From: Somniosus microcephalus
Taxonomy: Eukaryota
Length of the DNA: 64,000 bases
Assembly (NCBI GenBank): GCA_052327205.1
Contig: CM126203.1
Coordinates: 344,038,001 to 344,102,000 of the forward strand
Direction of reading: 5' to 3'
Shown: piece after piece, positions 12,001 through 26,012 of the stretch
How the letters are laid out: every line of letters begins with the position of its first letter
Position numbering within the stretch: position 1 is the first letter of the stretch
Made by a program: the position numbers and the translations under genes
The notes under the pieces: model-generated
What the model saw: the letters and a program-made list of their open reading frames with translations, nothing else
What the model was told of the DNA's origin: nothing
The model's database searches: none

Positions 12001-12760
12001 AGTGGGTCCTTTTCATTGCTTTTATGAACTTTCTACCCTGTAGTGCAAAGCCAACGCAAGCAAAAAAGAAGCTGTTACATCAATAATTGTCTCTTAATGA
12101 AATTCATTCTTGCTGCCGTAGCTCATTGAATATTGATTTTAGCATGTCTGGCCGTTTATAGACCTGTTTGTACAAAGAACTACATCTGAAACTGCGTTAG
12201 TTAAGTTTTTAAGTACAAAAGCAGCACATTTTAATTTTAAGATTTTTGCAGCTTTTAGTGACTCTAGAATTAATACATCATAATGCTGTGCAATTGGAAT
12301 TCATTATAATACGTATTGTTTCTACAAATTTCCCATTATCACAGGCCTTTACCTCATCTTTTACTTAAGCTCCACTCTAGTCAGAATAGGCAATCAAACC
12401 TTGGTAAAATGGCTCCCAATAAGAACAAGTATATTTTTGTTGTGCCCAAAAATTTGTAATGACAAGTTTTGACTATATTGAGAGCCTTCATTTTAAAAAA
12501 AAGTAAGTGAACGAGGGAATCCACTGCTTAAATTCTGAGTATTGTGCCTTTCTTAACCCCAGTGCGCAAAACGTACTTGCATGCAAATCACTCTCGTCAA
12601 ACACTTAGTGTTGAAGATAATTTAGCTCTTGATCAGTTAGCAGGACTGATCCAATGGTGAGCCTGTTGCATGGAAATAGCAGGGGAGTGGGACTAATTGG
12701 AGAGCTCTTTCAAAGAGATGGCACAGGCACGACGTGCCGAATGGCCTCCTTCTGTGCTGC

Positions 12761-12842
12761 GAGATTCTGTGATCTGTCCCATGAACTACCTGGGAACCAG
12801 AGAGATTCTGTGATCTGTCCCATGAACTACCTGGGAACCAGA
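12761..12842 (+). repeat. Perfect 41-bp tandem duplication
   Basis: gagattctgtgatctgtcccatgaactacctgggaaccaga occurs twice in tandem. Confidence 0.95.
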
Positions 12843-14800
12843 GTCTATCAGTAGGTGGCCAAGTCCACTCATACTTCAAATGGAGGCACCTGCAGGGTAG
12901 CAAAGGTATTTCTCTGCTCGGGAAAATGAGCAATATTAAAGCCAAGTAAAAGGAACTTCTGTTCAAGTGATGCAGAACATTGGAATCCCAACACGTCGTG
13001 TCATGGAGTAGTAACATGCCCCAATTGAATTCCCAATTTCTGTGTTGTTCGCTGCATGAACCAGAGGCTGAAAGTCTTCCCACAGATTAGGAGGGAAAAT
13101 CAAAGAACGGCCACTGGATATATTGCGCACATCTGGCTGCTGGTTCAAAATGGCCTTAGCGGAGCCCTGGATGCATGATCACTTGTCTGCTTTCTTGGCC
13201 CCAGAGGGTTTGTAGTGTGGAGACTCTAATGGGGTGGATAGAAAAATGAGGGTGAAGGTAGAGGCTAAAATCATTTAAAAGAAATAAGTTGCAGTCAATT
13301 TTATGTAAGTTGGAGATGAAAGGCATGTATTTCATAAACTGAAGCAGACGAACAAACTGAATGTTCTATATGTACTGTAGCTAATCATTTATTTCTTAAA
13401 AAATGCGTACAGCATGTATGTGGTGCACTTAGCGAATGGGTTTTTAACACTTTTCTAAACTATCTTTACAGCTCTCTTGTAATCAAAAATAATTTTATTA
13501 TTATAACTGAGCTAATTAAAAATTTGGGATCATTTTAAGAGAAAGTTGGGTGCTGTGATCGAGTGTCGGTATTTTGATGGGAGCTGAAGTGGACCAGGTG
13601 GCCTTCCTCATCCGAATTTATCCTGCATTTCCATGTCATATGAGAAAGCGGAATAGTTGTTTCCTTGGCAATCTTTCATCTTATTAGCAGAACCTCTGTC
13701 AGTTATATTTACTTAAACCAAATTGGCACAGTAAATTCTAAACGGTTCTATGCCAGGCCGATGTAGCTACAACCTTCAGAATTCTTGCCAAGTGCGTAAA
13801 ATTGTAAAATTATGGGTATGATTTGGATTTATAGTTTCCATTTTAGCTCCATGATGGAACCACAAACCATCTTAAAAAACAAAACATGCAATTCTTTTTT
13901 TCCAAGTGTGAAATAATGTATATCTAAACATTGTGAAAGTGTATTTTTTGTAAGTGGCCAATTCTGTTCAAACATCATTGTGTGAAGTTAAAAGTTGAAT
14001 GATCCCAAGTATTTAAACAGTTTAGTTCTAGTCCAGCTTGCCTTGTGGCCCAGTGAATACATGCACCACATGGTTTGTACTGAGCCATACAAATCACCTT
14101 GAAGTGCTGTAACCCACAGGGCTACGGACCATGAGCTGGAAAGTGGCATTAGGCTGGATAGCTCTTTTTCAGCCGGCACAGACACGATGGGCCAAATGGC
14201 CTCCTTCTGTGCCATCATTTCTATGATTCTGTGATTCTTCTGTGCCAGTTTGATTCCTTATCTGTACTGAGTTAGCTGATCTCAGCCAGCTAGGCAATTG
14301 GCCCCACGATTTCCAGGCTTGGGAAAGGCCAAATTGCTGAGTGTTGGGCCAGGATCGGGTCGGGCTCATGGTTGATTAACCTGCAGGCATTCCTAATCGC
14401 GAATGACACAGAAATAATTGCCTTTTGAGTGAGGTACTAGTGTATGTTTATCACATTAAGGAGGGAACAACAGCAAAATGTCCCTCAATGAAAAGACCTG
14501 GTGACTAAAATGGCTTATTATCTTAGAATACTCTAATGCTTCTGTGGTCAGTAGATTCTAAAGGAGCACTTGCTTGGGAGCTCTGAGTTAGTTATTTTGA
14601 GCGCTGTAAATAAACCTCTATATTTGCAGATCAGCAGTTGGTTCACATACAGGAGGAAGCATCAGCTAGTTAACATTGTGTAAGTGTATTTTTGTGTTCA
14701 GTTCTTGTCCGGGGACTAATTGAGCAACGTGCAGTAATCAACCATTGCACCTTGCAGTGTCTGCCTCTGACACACCGATGTAGTTTTCGGTTTAAACTGA

Positions 14801-14898
14801 ACTCACACTCACTCACACACACTCACACACTCACACACTCACACACTCACACTCTCACACTCTCACACTCTCACACTCACTCACTCACTCACTCACTC
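14801..14898. repeat. Compound (CA)/(ACTC) microsatellite
   Basis: Run of actcacactc/acacac/actc units. Confidence 0.9.
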
Positions 14899-16999
14899 AA
14901 ATCTACAAACAATGACAATTGATTTAAGGTAGTGTGCATCTTTCAACCACAATGTCCTGTTTCCTCAAAAACTCTGATGGTTATTTTCTGTCTTTGCTTA
15001 GAATATACTATGCTTTTAAGAAAAAGAATTCATAACCCCAGCAGCATTGTTAAAGAGCAGACTTTAAACATCTACTTTATTCTATATCAATTCTACCAGG
15101 CTAGTAAAGCTCAGTAGCCAGATTAACTTTTCTTTAAAATGAAACCCTGATCCTGCTACGAATTGCCCAATAAACGGAAGGTTGGATGAACCTTTTCAAA
15201 CAATAGCCGTGCTCATAAAGCTTCATGTCGGGACAGAGTGGAATGAAGGCATAAATTTCTAGCTAAAATTAATAGAAGAAACTTGATACTGAGAGCAATA
15301 ACAGAGATTAAGATCAATGGAAACTCTTTGAGTACATGTACATAATTTCCCCAAGACTCTTTAACTATTGGACTACCGAAGTGCCGAGAAATTCTAGATA
15401 CCTTTATTACTCTGCTATTAGCCATGTACAACTAAAATAAGCGCACATTTAAAATGAAATTAAAATGTATACACTTTTGCTTTCTCTGTCTTTCCTCTTT
15501 TCGGTCTGTGTTCTCTACAAATTCTTTCTCTTCTACTTTTATTATTTTAACTACTTCTCTCCATACAATACAGCCTACTCTAAACACTTGCTTACTCTTT
15601 TTATCCAGTGCCTTCCAGGCCTTGCCATCTAATTTGGAGGTGGGAACCATTGTGATCAAAGCGGTTGAACATTGGCTTCAAAGAGCATCTTCTTTAAACT
15701 AAGAGATGCTTAGCATTTTCAGTTAACATTTTGAATTGGTTAGAAGCATGCTAGCTGAGCTATCCCTTCTATTAAGAAATAGGAGCAGGAGTAGGTCATT
15801 TGTCCCCTTGAGCCTGCTCCGCCATTCAACAAGATCATGGCTGATATGATCTTGGCCTCAACTTCACTTTCCTGCCCGCTCCCCATAACGCTCAACTCCC
15901 TTATCGTTCAAAAATCTGTCTATTGTGCCAACAGCCTGATTGTGCCTAGACAAAATAAGCTGAAAGCGTTGAGCAGTTAGTTACAAGAATCCTGCATATT
16001 TGTTTAAAAATCTTGTAACTTTAACATACAGTTCGCGTGGCTAAATAAATTGTTGGATCAAGAACAAGTTTTTCAAAGTTTTAGTCTGCATGCTTAAGCT
16101 AGTTTTTTAAGGAAAGGATATCTTATTTTGTTTAACTGAATAATTGTTTTATCAAATCTTAACTGTGGCAAAATCATTAAAAGTTATGAACAGCTTATAT
16201 TTACAGTCATTTCTCCTGTTGCCTTGGAGCTCTTGATGGGTATCAGCATTGGCTTATTAACACAAGCAAATAATTGTTATTTAAAGTATTAATTTAGAGC
16301 TGTAGGTAAAAACTTGGACCTGTTTGGGACTGAGCTTGCTAGTAAATCGCATTCAACAATTATGTTCTGTTCCACTCAGTTAGTACCAGCTTATTGCTCT
16401 ATATCCCAAAAATCTAATTGAGGTGCGTGCCTAACCATATTTTTTCAATTCCATAAACTGTTTTCCAAGAACCGTTCATGGAATTGAAAAAATATGTTCC
16501 TTCCCAGTTGCACGATGAGTGCTAATTAGTACAAGTTGATGATGGGATTTCCAAGTACCTGTATAAATTGTGTGAGAGGGCCAATTGTTCAATGTTGCTT
16601 TTAAAAAATATATATATATGTACTGTATATATTAGTTGAGACTCAAAATTAACAACCATCCAATTATTTTTAATGATTTCAAAAAGCAATTGGTAGTTTC
16701 AGTGGTGTTGGAGTAAGAAGTAACCAGATGTTCATACGGACTGCCATTCTTCTGGATTGCAGACCTCTGCTGTGCGCGTGCGCAACGGCCCCGAGCAGAA
16801 GAACATGGCGAAATCCGGGAACAAATTATTGCTGGCCCCCTCTTGCTCACCTGACAGCCAGGTCAAGAGCAGCTTTGGCAGAAGTCTGAGAATAGGCCAC
16901 CAGGACCCTCAGTTGTAGCTGTTGTATTATACAGTAAGAATGAGAAAATAGATTCCCCCCCCCCCCCCCCCCAAAAAAAAAAACTTGCCCATTAAAGTA

Positions 17000-17310
17000 C
17001 AGGAAACTTTCGTTTAACCGGAAATGTCCGGAAAGCTCTATCTACCGGCAAAATTCAGGAGCCGTTTCCTATAAGTTTTTTTACTTCTTGTTGCTTTTTT
17101 TTCCCAGTCAGGCTCTGCAAGGTCTAGCTGAAGCTGTTGTTTAGCTACAGAGACGCTTTTAAGCTGCGGCCGACTGTTTTGAAGGGTTTGTTGATTCACA
17201 CGGAGCTCAAAAGCTCCGTATGTTTTAACATTAGCGCTAGTTTCTACGGCAGTTTTGATGGTACGGCACCAGCTCAGTCCCGTCAGTGCCGGATACCAGA
17301 AAGTTTCCTG
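17000..17310. mobile_element. Tc1/mariner-pogo (Tigger-like) MITE, copy 1
   Basis: TA|caggaaacttt...aaagtttcctg|TA. The internal sequence is similar to 36500-36822. Confidence 0.8.
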
Positions 17311-19761
17311 TACCTAGAAAATGAGGAGCTTTCTGTTTTATGTAATATCCTATTAATTTAAAAAGCAAAATCAGAAAGAAAGCAAGTTTTTGAAGGAGAT
17401 CATCCTTGCAGAGAAAGATGTTTGTTGGGCCTTTCAAAGTTCTAAATGCATTGGCTGCTTTCTAGTAGGTGCAAGTGTTAGAAGTAGAATTGCTAGATAA
17501 AATTTTCACCAACCATCGAGTCAATAACGGCAGTTCTGCCAGTAACAACCTGTAAAGTCACAATTGAGAATGTACCTTTACACAAAATGTACCTGTTTAC
17601 AAATGAAAATAAATCAAATCGCTCTTTGCTCGACACATCATTTTCAGTTTGCTGCAGCTAAGACCTTTGCAGCATGTCCCTGCTGTTACACTCCCATCCA
17701 CCGGCTCGGGCAATTTCACCCCCTTTCCATGACAGATATCTGCAACTGTACCTGTCTGAGACTCCAGCTACCTCAGTGATGCTTAGTATTAACTCCAAAA
17801 GCTAAAATTTAAAAAGGTAAAAAGAGTAATGAGGGGGGGATGAGGAGGGTTGTTATGATCTGGAAAGCACTGCCTGAAAGGGTGGTGGAAGCATATCTAA
17901 TTCTGACTTTCAAGAGGGAATTGGATATACACTTGAAAAGGAAAAATTTACAGGGCTATGGGGAAAGAACAGGGGAGTGGGTCTAATTGGATAGCTCTTT
18001 CAAATAGCCAGCACAGGCACGATGGGCCGAATGGCCGCCTTCTGTGACTCTTTTTTTATGATTTAAAGATAGAGGAGAAAACCCTTTCTATTGCAATGTT
18101 TTCTTCATTTAAAAGGAAAAGAATAATGTTCATTTAGCACGTGGTAAAGTTTGCATTATGTCCTGTGCTGCTTTGAGTTTGTGAAGCTCTCGGTTTCCTG
18201 GCTCTTTCTCTGAGAAGAACTAATTTCAGAGATTGTGTAAACAGCTGGTGTTGCAATGCAAATATATGCCAGTAATTTCCATAGGCGTTCCCCCTATGTG
18301 GTAACTTCGGAAGATCGGTGGAAACCCCTGAGGAAAAGTGCACTGTCTGAAAGGTATCTGATTCTTGGATATATGCTTGAAAAGGGGAAAAAAAGTTGCA
18401 GGGCTACATGGAAAGAGCAGAGGAGTAGGACTAATTGGACAGCTCTTTCAAAGAGCCGGCTTAGGCACGACAGGCTGAATGGCCTCCTCCTGTGCTCTAT
18501 GATATTCCCTCCCAGTCTTTTTTCAAGAGAGAAAAGACTCAAGGTGGTCAATCTTTCCTCATGCAGCATTCCCTTCAGGTCTGGGATTAACTGTGGCAAG
18601 TTGGTTAATGTCTGAAAGAAAGAGATTTTCAGATCGCACCCGAAAGTGACTGACTGACCAGCTGAGCTTTCCAGGGTTTTCTATTTATTTGTTTAATATT
18701 TGTATTTTCCCCTTTTTTATATCTCGGCTTTTTAAGAATGAAAAATCTACCCAGGGTAGGAATTTGCAAGGAATTATTATTTTTGGTTCATCTGTATGGC
18801 ACACACACGAATTCCACCCGGCACCCTCCACGTGAACAAAAAAACCCAATATGATCTCCAATATAACCATGGCTCTTCGACTGAAGTTGATCAAGCTTCA
18901 CTGAGACGGTCTATAGAACAAAATAGTTGGCCATCTTTCGTCGGAATCTGATGGGAAATGTACTAAATGTATTCACAGAGAGCTTTACTGTGTAGACTTT
19001 TTAAAATCAGAGACTTGGTATGCTAATAGAACATGTATGTATGTTTGTAAAGTGCTGTTGTGTAGGTAGCCGCAGGAAGTGCGCAGATGTGCCTTGGGTG
19101 ACTAGCCTTCTGATTTTCCCTCCCTCTCTCCTCTGTGGGAACGGTCTCCTCCTCACCACCTTTTGGTGGTACAGTTCAGGTTAGAAACTTGCTCTGTAGA
19201 GAAATTGCAGCTTGCCCTACCACTCCATTGTGTACCAACGTGCTGGGCCACTGTGCTGTCCTGTTTAAAACCGCGCTATCTGCATCACTGACCAAATAGA
19301 TAGTTAATTGCTCTTGCTCAAAGAAATACTTTGTTAGTTACTCGGTTTAAGTGGATCTTTAGAAGCAATTTGCATTTGATAATTGTGTATGGCCACAAAG
19401 TGTAACTGTTCATTCATTATTCTTTTTGGCTCGGATTATGTTTTCTGACTTTTAACTGCATCTCCAGTATTTATTAGGCCCAGTTAACTATAATAACCGG
19501 TTGAGTGTTCCTTAACCTCTGGTTTGGCTAGTTATCCCTTTCTGCTGAACACTTGTATAAGTAATCTAATCTATTTGAACTGGAAAGTGCAAATATGTCC
19601 ACGAAAGGTTCAGAATCCCTAAAAGAGCAGTAGTAACATTCCTCTTCTCCATATGTAGGTCTGCGAGGCTTTTCTTGTACTTCGATGAGCAGTCTGTCCA
19701 AGAAAATTTGGAGTATAATTTGCATGACAGCTGGAAATGCATTTAAGTACTCACATCATAA

Positions 19762-19986
<225 letters not shown>

Positions 19987-20132
19987 TAATACTTGTTGAC
20001 AATATTTTAATATATATATATATACAATATAATAATAATTAGGTTGCCTTGCCATTCAAGAATTATAATTAAATGTAACATTTCTATTTTGTTCTACCCA
20101 TTTCAGATTTTGTTTAAGCATTGAGTGCTATT

Positions 20133-20745
20133 ATCATAGAATCATAGAATAGTTACAGCACAGAAGGAGGCCATTCGGCCCATCGAGCCCGTGCCTGCTC
20201 TCTGCAAGAGCACTTCAGCTAGTCCCACTCCCCCGCCCTTTCCCCATAGCCCTGCAAAAATTTTTCCTTCAGGTACTTATCCAATTCCCTTTTGAAAGCC
20301 ACGATTGAATCTGCCTCCACCACCTTTCAGGCAGTTCATTTCAGATCCTAACCACTCGCTGCGTAAAAAAGTTTTTCCTCATGTCGCCTTTGGTTCTTTT
20401 GCCTGTCTCCTTAAATATGTGTCCTCTGGTTCTCGACCCTTCCGCCAATGGGAACAGTTTCTCTCTATCTACTCTGTCTAGACCCCTCATGATTTTGAAT
20501 ACCTCTATATCAAATCTCCTCTCAACCTTCTCTACTCTAAGGAGAGTAACCCCAGCTTCTCCAGTCTATCCACATTCCTAGAATCATTCTTGTAAATCTT
20601 TTCTGCACCTTCTCTAAAGCCTTCACATCCTTCCTAAAGTGCGAAGCCCAGAATTGGACGCAATACTCCAGTTGTGGCCGAGCCTGTGCTTTATAAAGAT
20701 TCATCATAACTTCCTTGCTTTTGTACTCTGTGCCTCTATTTATAA
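20133..20745 (-). mobile_element. CR1 LINE 3' fragment
   Basis: Starts with the (catagaat)n tail read on the + strand, followed by antisense CR1 ORF2 3' sequence. Confidence 0.85.
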
Positions 20746-21585
20746 CTATATCTTTATTAATAATTCAGTTCCCTCAATAGTCAAGCTCAGTAATGCCTTC
20801 ATGCAAATCCCTCTGATCATATCAACACACTCTGATGAACCCAAAAGTATTAAAAACATTTAATGCTAATTATAATTGTTTATCACATTAAAATTTTTAT
20901 TTTAAAAAGTTTGGACACTGACACTCCATCTTTAATGGTTTTTAATATAATGTAATTAAGGTTAGTTAAGAGCTGCTCTGAATTAAATGAATAGCATTTT
21001 GCTAATTGAAACATGAGAAAAATGACTGCAGTAATTCAAAGCTCCATCTCCATTGGCTAAATTTCCAGTATAAGTGGAAGAATTAATGCTGCTTGAAGAA
21101 AACCCCAGCTTCACAAATCATTCATGAGAAGAAAATATAAAATGAGTCAATTTGAAAAGACACACATGTGGCTGTCGGCAGGAAAGTCTGTTCTATTTCA
21201 ATGAAATACTTAACTTCTCCAAAGAGGTTTGTTGAATTTGTTGGTACCTTTTTGCAATTCTGTGGGCCAAATGCAGCTCTCTGACCTCTCTGTGTAGCAA
21301 CATTCTGCAGCTTGGGGATGGAGGATGAGGGGATGCACCTGCAATTCCCCACACTGATTTCCTGATTTTTGTAAAGAGGACAGTTGAAGTGTCATCCTAC
21401 AAAGAGAAAGAAATGTGTGTTTAAACCTGGGCGACACTGTCGCACAAGCTACTGGGTAAGTCAAGCAGCCCTGAAAATAGTTCCTTGACTGCCCATGATT
21501 GAGATTTTGTAGATGCTTTATGCTGAGGGGGAAGTTTGACAACATGAAACATTATAAAAACAGCATTTTATTGATTTAAGTATAG

Positions 21586-21814
21586 TGACGTAATAAAACT
21601 CACTACGCACTTGGTTTGAACATAAAGCAAGGCTTTAATCAACTTGTTTCACAACATGGAGGTCTAGTTGTACTTCACTAGCTCCTTGTCTTACAAAATG
21701 CCCTGGAAAGCTGGGCCGATGCCCGAGTATTTATACTCCTTGGACGGCGCCACCAGCTGGCCGTCCAGCGTTATTTCATGAGTAGTTTCTTGATGAATGA
21801 TGAGATTTATAACA
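21586..21814 (-). mobile_element. Solo LTR, copy A
   Basis: TG...CA termini and flanks tatag/catag (5-bp TSD, one mismatch). It is the reverse complement of 22666-22893. Confidence 0.8.
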
Positions 21815-22665
21815 CATAGGATAGTATTTTTAATATGTCAAATTCCTAGGTTGTGGTTTACATACATTGTTAGTGATAATACCCTCCCCCATACACCACA
21901 AAATAGAACTGCAAAGGTTTTTATTAATCATAAAGTGCTTCACATTTTTCTGATTAAAAACCCATGTGGATTCAAAACCATGACGCTTTACTATAAGATA
22001 TTGTTACTCCAATAATGGTTCATGCCCTTTGTTCTTTCTGTTTCTGATTACAAATTAAAGTGCAGATGGTAAAGTAACAATTCCATGAATGCCTTCTATT
22101 GTGTGTAACTGCGCATTACTCATTCAGCCACCTCAGCTGGAGAAGACAAAATAGAAAAAATGACTGGTGGAATAATTTGTTACTTTCATAGTCAGTACAT
22201 TTCTCTGCCAACTTTGTAGAAAGCATCCTTGTAGAAAATTGATTGCAACTTTATTAAAATCTAGAAAATGAGAAGAGACAAATACATAGTGGGCGAAGAT
22301 TGCCTCTGATGTGCGAGGCGTACAAGTGCAAAACATGCTTAGAAAGAAGAAATCTTTGCCTGCTGTTTAATGGGGGTGGGGGGCGGTTGGTGTAGATTCT
22401 GCTCCTACTTGCATAGACTCATCAAAGGAAAATAATTGGGTTAAAAATTGGTTAAGATCAGTTTTTTCGGGCACACACCCCAGAGTCAGCTCGTCCATTG
22501 TAAGGGTTTCAATTTCAGATAAGCTAAGTCCTGAGAGGGGGGCTGGAAGGCCAACGGGACGGGGTCAGCAGTGGCTCTCCGGAGTGTTGTGGAGCCAGGA
22601 GACGAACTCCTGCTCCACAGGAACATGGTTTTTTAATTTAAACTTATCTTTTTGGTGGCGACCGC

Positions 22666-22893
22666 TGTTATAAATCTCATCATTCAAGAAACTACTCATG
22701 AAATAACGCTGGATGGCCAGCTGGTGGCGCCGTCCAAGGAGTATAAATACTCGGGCGTCGGCCCCAGCTTGCCAGGGACATTTTGTAAGACAAGGAACTA
22801 GTGAAGTACAACTAGACCTCCATGTTCTGAAACAAGTTGATTAAAGCCTTGCTTTATGCTCAAACCAAGTGTGTAGTGAGTTTTATTACGTCA
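22666..22893 (+). mobile_element. Solo LTR, copy B
   Basis: TGTT...GTCA termini, TATAAA at 22742, ATTAAA at 22840, and flanks accgc/gccgc (5-bp TSD, one mismatch). Confidence 0.8.
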
Positions 22894-23525
22894 GCCGCTT
22901 CTTAGGCTGCAGCAGCCACTGAAGAATCAAGGGCGCCAAGCCTGCTTTGCTCATCGTCAGTCAGTTGAGTGCAAGCGTCCTGCAATAGGTGTTGGGCCCC
23001 TGATTTACATGTGTGAGGAGCCTAATGCCAGTTTCAGGCAGGGACCTATGGCAATATGGTGGTGTCAATGCCCCCGGTGCAGGATGTTGCTCCCCAAAAT
23101 TGGCCCTTATTGTGCACGTTCTGCGCCTGAAAATCGAGCGCAATGAGGTCAATTTCTAGCCCATCTAATTATATTGAATGAGTTTTTAATTTCAATGCAA
23201 CCCCTAATATTCGTGCAGCAACAGCAACTTGCATTTATATAGCACCTTAAACATACAAAAAGCCTCGAGCACTATACGTAGGGGGAAAATGTAAATAAAT
23301 GAATGAAACCAACATCAAGCCATGCAGGACTGTTCGAGGAAGTGAATGAAAGCTTGGTCAAAAAATGGGTTTTAAGAAGAGTGGATGGAATGTGAAATAA
23401 AGTAAATAAATCTGATAGTTTGGCTGTAATAGTTAGTTAGAATCCAAACAGAAATCTGATATTATGATACATTGTCTTACAATAAGCATTTTATCTGGTA
23501 ATCTGTCAAAGGTTTATTTAATTTA

Positions 23526-23646
23526 AAAGCAAAATACTGTGGATGCTGGAAATCTGAAATAAAAACAGAAAATGCTGGAAATACTCAGCAGGTCAGGCAG
23601 CATCTGTGGAGAAAGAGAGAGAGAGAGAGACAGAGTTAACGTTTCA
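23526..23646 (-). mobile_element. Penelope-like pLTR end, interrupted by CR1; it resumes at about 26014-26110
   Basis: aaagcaaaatactgtggatgctgg...cagagttaacgtttca, then gacctttcatcagaact after the CR1. Confidence 0.75.
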
Positions 23647-26012
23647 TAGGATTACATAGGATATACAGCACAGAAACAGGCTATTCGACCCAACCAGCCC
23701 ATGCCGGTGTTTATGCTCCATTCGAGCCTCCTCCTGTCTTTCCTCATCTAACTCTATCAGCATAACCCTCTATCCCCTTCTCCCTCAGATGCTTATCTAG
23801 CGTCTCCTGAAATACATCTATACTATTCGCTTCAACCACTCCCTGTAGTATCGAGTTCCACATTCCCTATTGGATTTCTTGGTGACTATCTTATATTGAT
23901 GGCCTCTAGTTTTGCTCTTCCCCACAAGTGGAAACACACTCTCTGTATCCACTCTATCAAAATCTTTCATAATTCTGAAGACCTCTATTTTAGGTCACCC
24001 CTCCAGACTTCTCTTTTCAAGATAAAAGAGACCCAGCCTGTTCATCCTTTCCTGATGGGTATACCTTTGCATTTCTGGTATCATCCTTGTAAATCTTCTC
24101 TGCACCCTCTCCAGTGTCTCTATATCCATTTTATAATATGACGACCAGAATTGTACACAGTACTCCAAGTGTGGTCTAACCAAGGTCCGATACAAGTTTA
24201 ACATAACTTCACTACTTTTCAATTTAATCCCTCTCGAAATAAACCCGAGTGCTTGGTTTGCTTTTCTTTATGGCCTTGTTAACCTGTGTTGCTACTTTCA
24301 GTGATTTGTGTAATTGTACTCCGAGATCCCTTTGCTCTTCGACCCCACTTAGATTTGTATTTTCCAAGTAATATATGACCTCCCAATTTTTCTTACCAAA
24401 ATGTAATCCCTCACATTTATGTGTTGAATTTCATTTGCCAATTATATGCCCATTCTGCAAGTTTATTGATGTCGTCTTGTAATTTGTTGTAGTCCTCCTC
24501 AATATTGGCGATTTTCCCCCCCTAAATTTGGTGTCCTCTGCAAATTTAGGAATTGTGTTTTTGATTCCAAATTATAAATCGTTAATATTAGTTGTGAACA
24601 ACAGTGGTCCCAGCACTGATCCTTGTGGAACACCACTTACTACCTTCTGTCACTGTGAATAGCTACCTTTTTACCCCTACTCTCTGCTTTCTGTCTTGAA
24701 GCCAGCTAGTTATCCATTCTGCTACTTGTCCCCTGATGCCGCATGCTCTGATCTTATTCATTAGTCTATTAAGTGCTACCTTATCGAAGGCCTCTTGAAA
24801 ATCTAGATAAATTACACCTACTACATTATCCTTGTCTCCTCTCTCTGTTACCTCTTCAAAAAAGTCAATGAGATTGGTCAAGCAAGACTTTCCCTTTTGA
24901 AACCCTGCTGACTATTCATTATTATATTTTTGGTTTCTAGATGTTCTATTTTCTCCTTTAGTAGGGATTACATTATTTTTCCTACCACTGATGTTAAACT
25001 GACTGGTCTGTAGTTCCCTGGACATGTTCTATCTCCTTTCTTAAATATAGGTATTATACTACATTAGCTATCCACCAGTCCTCTGGCACGACACCTTGTT
25101 CTAACAAATTATTAAACATGTGTAGTCATGCTTCTGCTATCTCTTCCCTAGATTCTTTTAAAATGCACGGATATAATCTGTAGACTAGCCCTATTAGTGT
25201 GATTGATCCTTTATTATCTTTTATCTCTATCCACACGGATTCTATTTTTGTCTTGCTGATAGCTGCGTCACTTTTTTCTAATGCCATTATGTTATCCCTA
25301 ATAAGTACAGCTACTCCACCTCCCCGTTTTCCCCCTCTATCTTTTCTAATGTTTAATTCCCAGTCCTGATTTTTCTGCAGCCATGTCTCCGTAACCCCTA
25401 CTATGTCTGGTTCCTCACAATATATTATTGCCTCCAGTTCCCCTGTTTTATCACGGACGCGGTGCATTGCTGTACAGACAGTTTAACTGATTATTAATAG
25501 CAGTTCCTCTCACTTATTGTTGACCATCTTTTTACACTCCTGTTCTGTAACTCTGTGTTCCTTGGCCATCAATGTCCTCTCTTACTTTATTCTTTCCTAT
25601 GCTCTCCTTCCCTGTTTTGTTTATATTTAGGCTGGTTTCATTTCTTGTAGAGCCCTCCCTCCATCTTACTAGTTTAAAGCCATAGCCACCTCCCTATTTA
25701 CCCTTTCCGCTAGGACATGAGTCCTATCCCACTTCAGGTGGAGCCCGTCCCATTGGTACAGCTCCCTGTCCCAGTACTGGTGCCAGTGTCCTATGAAAAG
25801 GAACCCCTCTTTTCCACAGCAACCCTTTAGCCATGTGTTAATTCTCCTGATCTGACTGTTTCTATGCCAATTTGCACATGGCTCTGGCAATAATCTAGAG
25901 ATTATTACCCATGAAGTCCTGCTTTTTAATTTCGCTCCTAACTCCTGATATTCCCTCAGCAGGACCTCCTCGCTGTTCCTACCGCTGTCATTTGTTCCAA
26001 CATGGACCACAA
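23645..26012 (-). mobile_element. Internally deleted, degenerate CR1 LINE (ORF1 SGNH esterase, endonuclease, RT and 3' tail)
   Basis: ORF1 VHVGTND...DGLHL (25669-26010), endonuclease PDIVGVTETW...RGGGVA (25126-25467), RT IYLDFQEAFDKV (24663-24881) and LVRPHLEYCVQFWS (23995-24222). Confidence 0.92.

Noticed and set aside
20831-20860. Other CTGATGA/CTGAAGA occurrences (e.g. 20832, 46127, 47303, 50514) as hammerheads
   Set aside because: None is followed by a closing stem II and GAAA.
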